DNA of 64,000 nucleotides from Histomonas meleagridis 2922-C6/04-290x (lineage: Eukaryota > Protista > Parabasalia), in NCBI GenBank assembly GCA_020184695.1, contig JAANOX010000099.1, positions 62,001 to 126,000 on the forward strand. Reading direction: 5' to 3'. How positions within the stretch are numbered: the first letter of the stretch is position 1; each line of letters starts with the position of its first letter. The notes below the pieces were generated by a model, which ran no database searches, was not told where the DNA came from, and saw only the letters and a program-made list of their open reading frames with translations. Both the position numbers and the translations under genes were made by a program. Below are positions 33,525 to 43,411 of this stretch, piece by piece.

Positions 33525-33599
33525 GAGCACCGGGAAGACTCGAACTTCCAACCTTGAGGTTATGAGCCTCACGAACTAAACCAATTGTTCCACGGTGCT
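33525..33599 (-). tRNA. tRNA-Met: tRNA-Met (CAT)
   Basis: The reverse complement folds as AGCACCG/CGGTGCT acceptor stem, GAAC/GTTC D stem, TGAGG-CTCATAA-CCTCA anticodon arm and GGAAG-TTCGAGT-CTTCC T arm. A T-run (Pol III terminator) follows. Confidence 0.95.
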
Positions 33600-33692
33600 T
33601 TGACGTTTCTTAAAACAACGTATAGTTTGTATTATATATTTATAAAGAAGTTTTGTACTTTTTGTTAATTTTACAGTTTATTTTATAAAATA

Positions 33693-36600
33693 ATGGGGAA
33701 CTTGGGAAGTCAAACGAAATTCAGCAAAAATCTTCAAATATTGAACACCATAGAGCACATTATTTTTGACTTAAATAATGATAATATTATTGCTTCAGTT
33801 GAATTAATCTTAAAATATTTTAATGAAAAATATTCATATTCATTTAATTTCATTATTTGCTCAACTTTATTTTCATATTTTGTTTCACAAGGTCATTATC
33901 AAATATGTTTGGAATATTTAAGAGCGCTTGAATTAAAAGAAAATGAAATTTATAATAATTTACATAATAACGTAATAAATGTTTTCATATCATATTTAAA
34001 TCATACATATTATACACAAGAGTCAAACTATCTTTATGGAAAAATGATTGAACAGGAAATTATTCAACCCAAAATTTTAGGAAATAAAAGAAATCTATAT
34101 TTCGCACATTATCTTTCAGAAGAAGAATATAAAAAAATTGAAGATATTAAACCTTATCAAAATTTTAATGAAAACATTAAAGAATTAAAAAAGAATGATT
34201 GGGAACTTCATAAGAAATATGTTAAAGAAGGAGTTAATCCCAATAAAATTGCGAAAATAATCCGAAATGATGAATTCGAAAAACTTCAAGAAATATCATC
34301 ACAAACAAATTTTGATTTTAATCAAACAATTGAACCATCACTTTATGAAAGATATTCATTTATTAATCAAAATAATGTTACATTAATTGATTATGCAGCA
34401 TTTTTTTCATCAGTTCAATGTTTTAAATATTTACTCATGAATGGTGCAAAAGTAGAAAATACAGGTAAATATGCAGTTGCAGGTGGAAATGAAGAAATCA
34501 TTCATTTATGTGAACAACATCATTCATCATTTAAAGATGCATATAAAGCAGCAATTGAATTTCATAGAAATGAAATCTTTTATTATCTTTATGAAAATAA
34601 AATAGAAAAAATCAACAATTTAGGAGAGTTAGGAAATATATGTGTTTCATATTATAATTATGAAATTTTATCATTTCTTGAAAGAGAATGGATGAAAGTT
34701 AATAAAGTTTTGATCATTAAATCTATAGAAACAGGAAATACATTTTTGGCTCAATATTTTCATGAAAAAAATCTGATTTCTATAAATTTTTTTGAAACTT
34801 CAATAATTTTTGAAAATAAAGAACTGTTTGACTATTTGATTAAAGAAAATATTATAAATATTCACGGCAAAAGTGTTTCTATAATTAATTGAATGTTTAT
34901 TTGATTGTTAATCTGTTTGACTTTTTTTTATGGAAATTATTTAATTTATTTGATACAGCACTTATATTGGCATCCAAAAATGATCATGCGGAAATAATTA
35001 AATTACTTCTTGAACAAGAAGGAATTGATGTTAATGCTAAAGATATTTATTTATTTTGTTTAAAATTTAATTTAATAATTTGATATTTCAAAATAATATT
35101 TGGAAATTGTTTGAACTATTTAATACGGCACTTATATTGGCATCCAAAAATGATAATACGGAATTGGTTAAATTACTTCTTGAACAAGAAGGAATTGATG
35201 TTAATGCTAAAGATATTAATGTGTTTTGTTTAAAATTCATTTTAATAATTTGATATTTCAAAATAATATTTGGAAATTGTTTGGATATTTTAGAACAGTA
35301 CTTACGTTTGCATCAAGGAATGGAAATAATGAAATAGTTAAATTACTTCTTGAACAAGAAGGAATTGATACTAATGTGAAAGATATTTATATGTTTTAAT
35401 TAATATTTATTTTTATTATTTGGTATTTCAAAATTATATTTGGAAATTATCGATTTTGTTTGATATAGCACTTATAAAAGCATCTGAGAAAGGTCATATA
35501 GAAATTGTTAAATTACTTTTATTACAAAAAAGAATGAATATTAATGCTAAAGATAAATAATTACTTTATTTAATTTTTATTTAAATATATTTGGTAATTA
35601 TATACAATATTTAATACGGCACTTATATTGGCATCTTCTAATGGTCATACAGAAATAGTTAAATTACTTCTTGAACAAGAAGGAATTGATATTAATGCTA
35701 AAGATATTTTTTTGTTTTATTTAATATTTTTATAAATAATATTATATTTCTAAATAATATTTGGAAATTACATAAAATATTTAATACATCTTTTTTAAAA
35801 GCATCTGAAAAAGGTCATATAGAAATAGTTAAATTGTTTTTATTACAAAAAAGAAATATTAACATTAATGCACAAGATGTTTACTTGTTGTATTTAATAT
35901 TTGTTTAAGTAATTTTATATTTCAAAATAACATTTGGGAATAATCTAAATTATTTAATACAGCATTTATAAAAGCATCTGAATATGGTCATTTAGAAGTA
36001 ATTAAAATACTTCTTGAACAAAAAGACATTGATATTAACGCAAAAGATATTTATTTATTTTATTATATATTTATTTTATTAATTTAATATTTATTTTAAT
36101 AATTTTATATGTCAAAATAATATTTAGAAATTATTTTAATTATTTAGGACAGCACTAATAAAAGCATCACAAAATGGTCATACAGAAATAGTTAAAATAC
36201 TTCTTCAACAAAAAGATATTAATATTAGTATAAAAGATATTTAAATGCCTTATAAAAAATTTATATTTATAATTTAATATTATTAAATATAATTTGGAAA
36301 TAATTTAAATTATTTAGAACAGCACTTATTTGGGCATCTGAAAATGAACATACAGAAATAGTTAAATTACTTCTTCAACAAGAAGGAATTGATATTAATA
36401 CTAAAGATATTTTCTTCTTTTATTTATATTTCATTTTAATAATTTTGGATTTCAAAATAATATTTGGAAGTTATTCGAATTATTTAATACGGCTCTTATA
36501 TTGGCATCTTCTAATGGTAATACGGAAATAGTTAAATTACTTCTCGAACAAGAAGGAATTGATATTAAGACTATAAATATTTGTTCGTTTTATTTAATAT

Positions 36601-36727
36601 TTTTATAAATAATTTGATGTTTCAAAATAATGGTTGGAAGTTATTTAAAATATTTAAAACAGCACTTAATTTAGCATCTAATAAACCAGAAATATTAGAA
36701 TTACTTAATAAAAAAATGTCTAAATAA
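33693..36727 (+). CDS. DUF3447-ankyrin repeat protein, gene B (paralog of gene A); split by 11 non-canonical spacers (about 761 aa if excised)
   Basis: N-terminal 1182 nt open and similar to gene A (FDFNQTIEPSLYER.SFIN...TLIDYAAFF). Then 90-93-nt stop-free ankyrin pieces. The last piece TALNLASNKPEILELLNKKMSK ends in TAA at 36725-36727. Confidence 0.8.
34875..36658 (+). other. Array of 11 putative non-canonical stem-loop introns (gene B)
   Basis: Spacers: 34875-34954, 35045-35124, 35215-35294, 35385-35464, 35555-35615 (61 nt), 35706-35785, 35879-35958, 36049-36148 (100), 36239-36318, 36409-36488, 36579-36658. All are 80 nt unless stated. Confidence 0.75.
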
Positions 36728-36759
36728 ATATAAATTATTAACAACAACTCTTGTAAGTT

Positions 36760-37620
36760 TAAAATGGTTATTTAGAAATAATTAAATTACTTTTTGAACA
36801 AGAAGGAATTGATAATGCTAAAAGAATTTATTTGTTTTATTTGATATTTATTTTAATAATTTATTGATTAAATTATGCTTCCAGGAATTGTAATGATGAA
36901 ATAGTTTCTATAATCAAAGAAAAGAATGGACTGAATTTAAAGGAATAAATATGAAAGCAATTCAGTAACCATTAATAAATGAGAAAGAAAAATATTAGAC
37001 GCTGATTCATATGATTCTAATATTTGATGACTTAATGTTAATAAAAAAAATTCATTTTAGAAAATTTTTATTTCCTAAAAAATATTTAGAATGCAACGAT
37101 GGTTAAATGCATTATCGATTAAATCAATCATAATATTTGTTGTCTATGAATATATATAGCATTATCATATGCAGCTAAAAGAGGAAAATATAAACTTATG
37201 CAACCACTTCTTCAACATGAAGGAATTGATGTCAATTCAAAGGATATTTATTTGTTTAATTTAAAATTCATATAAATAATTTAAGGTTTCAAAATAATAT
37301 TTGGAAATTTTTTTTAGTATTTAATTCTGCACTATATTGGGCAACAAAAAGAATTTTGCTGAAATTATTAAATTACTTCTTGAACATAAGGATTTTTAAA
37401 TTAATTTTAACATTAATGTTCAAAATATTTGGTTGAATTATTGAATATTTGTTTATTTTGGAGTTTACTGTATTAAAAGCGTTTCGAACATCATTTTATG
37501 AAGATATAAAACAATTATTTATTATGAAAGGCCGAATCGATTTCAATATTCAAGATATTAAATTTATTTTATGTTTCTAAATAAAATATGAAATTTATTC
37601 AAAATATTTAAAACAGTAAA
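36760..37620 (+). pseudogene. Decayed ankyrin-repeat/spacer units downstream of gene B
   Basis: Fragments such as NGYLEIIKLLFEQEGID and LLQHEGIDVNSKD, then an intact 80-nt spacer (37246-37325) and SALYWA. Frameshifts and truncated spacers occur elsewhere. Confidence 0.65.
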
Positions 37621-37782
37621 AGATGAGATGAATGAGGATATAAAAAATCAATGAACTATTTAGTGGGTAAACAATTTTAACACATCTTTTTCATTTTAAT
37701 TCATTTTATGAGATGAGATTATTATTATACTCAAAAAATGATCAAATGGTTAAAGTCATATAAAATAGGAATTTAACTTGTT

Positions 37783-38223
37783 TTACTCTGTTGGAGCGGC
37801 TTCAGCTGGTGCTTCAGCTGTTTCTTCCTTCTTATCTTCTGATCTACGGTTACGGAAATTGCCACGTCCTGGACGGCTGAAATTACCGCGTGGTCCACGG
37901 CCACCACGTGCTGCTGGGCGTTCAGCTCTAAGGAAGTCAGCCTTACGTGGAGCAAGTGTTAATGGGGCTGCTTGTGGTGGGAGACCGAAATATTTACGGA
38001 GATATTCAATACCTTTGTCATTTAATGTATAGTAAGCGTGGGTCCATGCGTATTGCTTTTTAGCGAATCCCTTGTTAACAAATGAACGGCCAAGTTGGAA
38101 AACATAGATGTTAAGAACTTCAAGTTCTTCATGAATTCCAGCATTGTTTGCTGAAACAACAATAACACCATTTTCAAAGAAGTAGCGGAGGATCTTCCTG
38201 CGGATGTCGGCTGGAATGAACAT
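37783..38223 (-). CDS. RPS10: 40S ribosomal protein S10 (eS10)
   Basis: MFIP...ILRYFFENGVIV...FAKKQYAWTHAYYTLNDKGIEYLRKYFGLP, with an RG-rich tail. Confidence 0.95.
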   Translation of the reverse strand: MFIPADIRRKILRYFFENGVIVVSANNAGIHEELEVLNIYVFQLGRSFVNKGFAKKQYAWTHAYYTLNDKGIEYLRKYFGLPPQAAPLTLAPRKADFLRAERPAARGGRGPRGNFSRPGRGNFRNRRSEDKKEETAEAPAEAAPTE

Positions 38224-38231
38224 TTACCAAG

Positions 38232-38251
38232 AAAGGTGGACCATAACCGTT
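38232..38251 (-). promoter_or_regulatory. Ribosomal-protein core promoter element: M3-like (ACGGTT) plus M5-like (CCTTT)
   Basis: Minus strand AACGGTTATGGTCCACCTTT ends 8 nt before the RPS10 ATG. It is 18/20 identical to the element upstream of RPL12. Confidence 0.7.
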
Positions 38252-38554
38252 AACCGCACAAAAGGAATTGGACCAAACGATCAAATGCGATTCAATCGAC
38301 GATTATGCAATTTTAGCAAGTGGTTGAATCTTAACTTGCAAGTTTTCATTTTTTGAATCATACCTCTTTTTTGTTTGATTTGCAAGTGAAAATCGGTACG
38401 ACTTAATAACTGAGAGCAAGACTTACACACTCGAAAAAATTAAAATTAAGGCTTTTTGAATATTTTTGATCGGTAACCTAAACAAATCTTGGAAAGCTTT
38501 CAAAGAAATAAGAAAAAAAATGAGTACTCAAATGATAACATGTTTTACCAAAAA

Positions 38555-39040
38555 TTATGCATATTCATTAAACTTATTTTCAATCCAATCGACCCATTCG
38601 TGTGACTGTGGATCCTCTGCATCAGCATCCTCAAGAATTTGTTGTACTGGAATTTGTGAAATTGATATTCCTTCCATTGAGGTGCATCCTTTTTGCTGAA
38701 CAAGGTATTGTTTAACCGCAAATGAAAGTTCCCATATAAATCTGTCTTGAACTTCCAGAATTTGTTCTTTCAAATCATTTAGAAATTGTTTCTTTTTTTC
38801 GTTTTCTGTTTTAAGTTCTTCATTTTCTGCTATATTCTGATCTTTTAATGCCCGTTCTAATCTCATTGATGTTTCTTTTGTAAGTTCAATATCATTTTTA
38901 ACTCGTTCTTGAATTTCCAAAAATTCAACATCATTACTTGCTATTGAAGATCTTGGTGTATACCTTTGATTTGAAGCTATTGATAGTCTTCTTCTATTTG
39001 AAGAATAGTTCGCTAAAAGAGGTTGATTTGAAACAGACAT
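38555..39040 (-). CDS. Small hypothetical coiled-coil protein
   Basis: 161-aa ORF with a central charged heptad-like stretch. Confidence 0.6.
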   Translation of the reverse strand: MSVSNQPLLANYSSNRRRLSIASNQRYTPRSSIASNDVEFLEIQERVKNDIELTKETSMRLERALKDQNIAENEELKTENEKKKQFLNDLKEQILEVQDRFIWELSFAVKQYLVQQKGCTSMEGISISQIPVQQILEDADAEDPQSHEWVDWIENKFNEYA

Positions 39041-39165
39041 AAAAAAAATAAAAATTTAACGTACATTTTTTTATACGTTAAAATTGTTTACTTAAAACGT
39101 TAGACATAACGTGTCTCATCTCACAAAAATAACTACTTTTTAATTGAACGATAATCAATTCATCG

Positions 39166-42100
39166 ATGACAAGATCTCCAAGGAGTGTACACTCAGTGGC
39201 TAATCCTTTGATTCCAATGATGCCTGAAAATAGAGATTTTGATGATCTTCAATATATGGAATTAGTTAGTACTACTCCGAATTCAGCACCAAATGCAACT
39301 TTCCTTAGAAAGCCAACAGAAAACTGTTTAGATCATGAACTTTATCTTAACACGGATATGTCAGCAACTCATGATATCCGTTTTATAATTAATCTTAAAA
39401 AACATCAAGAAAAAATTGATTATTGTATATCTCAATATTATTCACGAAGGTCAATTATGGGGCCTCTTAAGTCCTATCTTCAAACGCATAAAATAAGTGA
39501 ACCCAAGAAATTTTGTCAAATCTCACATGAATATCTTAAACCTCTTCTTCAATTTTTGTCCAATTCTATTGATTCTGTTAAACGCTCCATCAATGAAATT
39601 CACACAATTTTTACTACCACTTCAGTTTGGTCCGTTGAACTTCTTGATAATATATTTCTTCTTATTTACAAATTGTTTTGTTTCGACACACTTCGCGGTG
39701 CTAAAAAGCAAATCCTTTTTGATTTTGAAGAACTTGATAAACAATATTCTGATCATCTTCATGTAAATAATGTTGTTGATCTTTCCATCAAGTTATGGCT
39801 TAAACAACTTTCACCAATTATTGACGAACTATCAAGTAAAATGAAAACGATTCCACAAGATAAGTTAACATCAATTCTTTCGATTGTTTATAACCACTTG
39901 AAAACATCACTTCAAAAAACGCCACTTTTTTTCGAAACACGTTATTCACATTTAGTTTCACTTGCCTTTTTTAAGCGAATTTTCCCATCAATTATACCTT
40001 CTGCAGATTTAGGGTTAATAAAAAGCTTTTTCCAACGTACGCCATGTGTTCCTTTAGTACATGAATTTTCATATAATATAATGAATTATATGTTTGGCTC
40101 CATTAATAATAATCAAATTTATGTTGTTGATCTTAATCAATTACATGATGATTTACGTAAGAAATTTTTAGATGTTTTATCACGTTTACAAACAGAAATA
40201 CGACAAAAAGTCCAAAATCGTTCACATGAAACAATAGTATCGATTACAGCTGAAGCAATTAAACTTATTTCATCGACAACAAATATTATTCGTGAACAAT
40301 ATTCATCAAGAATACAAAATCCTCCACTTGAACCTAAAACAATGAAACCATATGAACGATCAGTACGAACAGGATTTACACAATTAGAACTTAAAGCAAT
40401 TTTACAATTACTTGCGTTATGTCGAGAGCTTCATGATTACATTCGTTATAATATTCCATCGATATATCAAAAACTTTGTTCATCATTACAATTAACATTT
40501 CAAGAATTCATTAAGAATTCACTTGAAAAAGTCACAAATAGAATTAAAAAGAATAAACAATTCTTATGTAAAATAATAACACAAATTCGAACATTCGCTG
40601 GTGATTGGCAACAAAATGAAGAAATGTTATTTAAGAAAAACGAAACTAAGAAACATGAAATACATGTTCGAACGGCAGCACCATCACCACAATTAATTGA
40701 ATTTGTACGAATCCAATTACAACATTTATTAAATTCGATATTATATCCTTCATCATCATCATCATCATCATCTTCGTCATCATCATCACAAAACGCGAAA
40801 AATAAAAGAAATAATCATGCATGGATTGATGAATGTGCGAAGACAATTGAAGATTTCTTAGAGATAAGTGAGAATTGGATTGATTTATTAGATTTAGATC
40901 AAACGTTAATTGTTGCATCAAATCAAAGTTCATTTTACTTTAAAGAAGTACAATTAGATCTTAATCAAGAGGTACAATTTCCAGTCCGTGCATCATTACC
41001 ATTTATATTATGTGAATTTGCATTAGATAATTATGATCAACCAGATATCACTGATATTATCTTTTATCCATTATCTATTTATGATGATGCAGCATATATT
41101 GCTATCCATAAATTAAATTCACAATTAATATTTAATGAAATATGTGCAGAAGCTAATGTTTGTTTGGATACATTATCAGTATTAATTGGGGAATTTACAT
41201 TTAATGCATTTAAAACTTTTGCAACATTACATCAAATACCTGATTCAATGAAAGAACATTTAAAGAAAAATCATTTAAGACATTGGCCTAAATCACAAGC
41301 TTATCGATTACGAACATTATTACAACAAAATCAATATAATTTATTATCTAAACAAGTTGCTTTAGAAACATTAATCTCTTCAAGAGTTGATCAAGAATTA
41401 AATAATTTTGTTGATCGTTTATTTGGTATTGGTAAAACTTTAGGTTTATCATCATCATTAGTTATTAAACATATGATTAATATTATACGACAAACACATA
41501 ATATGATGACAGAACAAGGATTACCATTAATGCCAATCAATGATATAATTCGTGCATCTAAAGATGAAAGTATCCGAATATTTATATCACAATATTTTAA
41601 AGATGTTGTTCAACATATGTTACATAATGTTATTCCTAAGTTTATATTATTAATAAATCCAATGAGATTAATACCACCTAAGAAACAACAACTTTCCGCT
41701 GATTTATTAGGTAAATTAGGTTTAGGTAAAATATTAAAAGAAGCATTAGAACCAACAATTACATTTATATCTGTGAATCATTTTAATACATTTATTAAAG
41801 ATATATCAAGTGGTGAAATTATGTTATTAGATCAAATGATTAAACAACAAATACCAAAATTATTTAATAATTTTGTAACTAAATATGAAATTATTAAATC
41901 GAAACTTACAAGAATTAAAGATCCTCCATTTGGTACTCATACGCAATCAGCTTTTTCACGATATGAAAATGCATATAAATTCTTATTTAATGATTTAGAT
42001 TTCATTAAGTTACTAAGTTCAATGCAAAGAATTGGTAATATATTTGCAATATCGTTAATGATTGATCAAGCTTTAGCAATGGACATATATGAAACTCAAC

Positions 42101-42663
42101 AATTAACTAATTATTTAACAAACGTCGATGAAAATGGTCGACAATTTAATGAAATCGAAAAACTTTTCGATACTGAACAACAAAACGCAATGAAAATATT
42201 ATTAAGTCGACCGAAATTCGATGAAAGTTATGATTATATATTCTTAAGAATGGTATCTGATCTATTAATGTTAGGTTATTCATACGAAAAAGAATTGTTC
42301 GAAGAAAATGGTAACGATATGAAAGGATTCGCTTCGATTTGGTCGATAATAGAATTCGTATATTGTTTGATGGAAGCAAATAGAGACTCAAATGAAATTA
42401 ATGGATTCGCTAAATATGGTCACGGAGTATTCGTGTTCGCTGCTTTGGTTTTGGCAATGACAAACCAAGAAAAGTTATATAAATTGTTCGGAATTTGTAG
42501 GAAAATTCAAAGATATAAACAAAGCGATATAACAACAAGTAACGAAAAGATTTTGGAGTTTTTGGCAGTAGCAAAATATGGAACATCAGCTGTGGAATGG
42601 GCTGTGACTTATTTTGGGAATTTGATGAAAACACAAAATATTAATGTCGAAAGTAATAGTTGA
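39166..42663 (+). CDS. CYFIP: CYFIP/Sra1/PIR121 homolog (SCAR/WAVE complex)
   Basis: Motifs FYFKEVQLDL...VQFPVRASLPFIL, FYPLSIYDDAAYIA...LIFNEICAEANVCLD, KLSSMQRIGN, YGHGVFVFAALVLAM. Confidence 0.85.
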   Translation: MTRSPRSVHSVANPLIPMMPENRDFDDLQYMELVSTTPNSAPNATFLRKPTENCLDHELYLNTDMSATHDIRFIINLKKHQEKIDYCISQYYSRRSIMGPLKSYLQTHKISEPKKFCQISHEYLKPLLQFLSNSIDSVKRSINEIHTIFTTTSVWSVELLDNIFLLIYKLFCFDTLRGAKKQILFDFEELDKQYSDHLHVNNVVDLSIKLWLKQLSPIIDELSSKMKTIPQDKLTSILSIVYNHLKTSLQKTPLFFETRYSHLVSLAFFKRIFPSIIPSADLGLIKSFFQRTPCVPLVHEFSYNIMNYMFGSINNNQIYVVDLNQLHDDLRKKFLDVLSRLQTEIRQKVQNRSHETIVSITAEAIKLISSTTNIIREQYSSRIQNPPLEPKTMKPYERSVRTGFTQLELKAILQLLALCRELHDYIRYNIPSIYQKLCSSLQLTFQEFIKNSLEKVTNRIKKNKQFLCKIITQIRTFAGDWQQNEEMLFKKNETKKHEIHVRTAAPSPQLIEFVRIQLQHLLNSILYPSSSSSSSSSSSSSQNAKNKRNNHAWIDECAKTIEDFLEISENWIDLLDLDQTLIVASNQSSFYFKEVQLDLNQEVQFPVRASLPFILCEFALDNYDQPDITDIIFYPLSIYDDAAYIAIHKLNSQLIFNEICAEANVCLDTLSVLIGEFTFNAFKTFATLHQIPDSMKEHLKKNHLRHWPKSQAYRLRTLLQQNQYNLLSKQVALETLISSRVDQELNNFVDRLFGIGKTLGLSSSLVIKHMINIIRQTHNMMTEQGLPLMPINDIIRASKDESIRIFISQYFKDVVQHMLHNVIPKFILLINPMRLIPPKKQQLSADLLGKLGLGKILKEALEPTITFISVNHFNTFIKDISSGEIMLLDQMIKQQIPKLFNNFVTKYEIIKSKLTRIKDPPFGTHTQSAFSRYENAYKFLFNDLDFIKLLSSMQRIGNIFAISLMIDQALAMDIYETQQLTNYLTNVDENGRQFNEIEKLFDTEQQNAMKILLSRPKFDESYDYIFLRMVSDLLMLGYSYEKELFEENGNDMKGFASIWSIIEFVYCLMEANRDSNEINGFAKYGHGVFVFAALVLAMTNQEKLYKLFGICRKIQRYKQSDITTSNEKILEFLAVAKYGTSAVEWAVTYFGNLMKTQNINVESNS

Positions 42664-42869
42664 CGTTGAGTAGAAAAGAATTTTTATTCTATTGTTTAAT
42701 ATTTATAAAAAATATTTCGAACTTATACTTTTTGTTTCATTTCAAAGTAATAATTTCACTGAATAATTACGTAATTATTAATTATGTAATGAAGTATTTG
42801 CGATAAAATTTTTTCATACTTTTGCAAATTTACGAAAACAAAATTCAAATTCTATGTTTATAAAAGTTC

Positions 42870-43210
42870 AGAGAGTTTTTTTGAACTGATTCATCAATAG
42901 AATTTCCAAATGTGGATCTTTGATGTGTTAATGCTGCTTTTGAGATGAGATCTGCAAGTCCAAAATTTGCTAATTTGATCCGACTGTGTTAAGCAATAAT
43001 ATAGATCTGTGTTAACACGTTGCTGGGATATGGTCATGAGGGCTATTAACTTCTTCAGAAGAATCTGTTTACGTTGCTTTTCAAGTCGTCTTTATATTCG
43101 CTCGGCAAAGATCTGTTGAAAAATTTAATAACTTTTGAAAATGAGACCACCAAAGATTTCTCGAGTTGGAGCAAGACAAAAATTATTACTTGTCGATTTG
43201 AATTTTAGGC
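42870..43210 (-). pseudogene. Decayed protein kinase fragment
   Basis: The minus strand reads ...HRSILLL... and, in another frame, IKLANFGLADLISK (DFG-like). Stops and frameshifts surround these. Confidence 0.4.
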
Positions 43211-43411
43211 TGAAGAAGGAAAATTCTATGGGATTAGTGCCACTAAACTATAGTATAATTTAATTAAGTTTGATTTTTTAATAATGCTGTTATACTAATA
43301 ACTTTAGTTTTGTCATTATGTGAGTAATATCGAATATTTAATAAAATCAATATCAATGAAAAAGTGGCATATATCACAATTTCAATTCACATGTCAAATA
43401 ATTGTTAAAAA

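Noticed and set aside
27345-36658. Stop-codon reassignment as the explanation for the interrupted ankyrin genes
   Set aside because: All other genes end normally at TAA/TGA/TAG with no internal stops, and most spacers change frame, which recoding of stops cannot repair.
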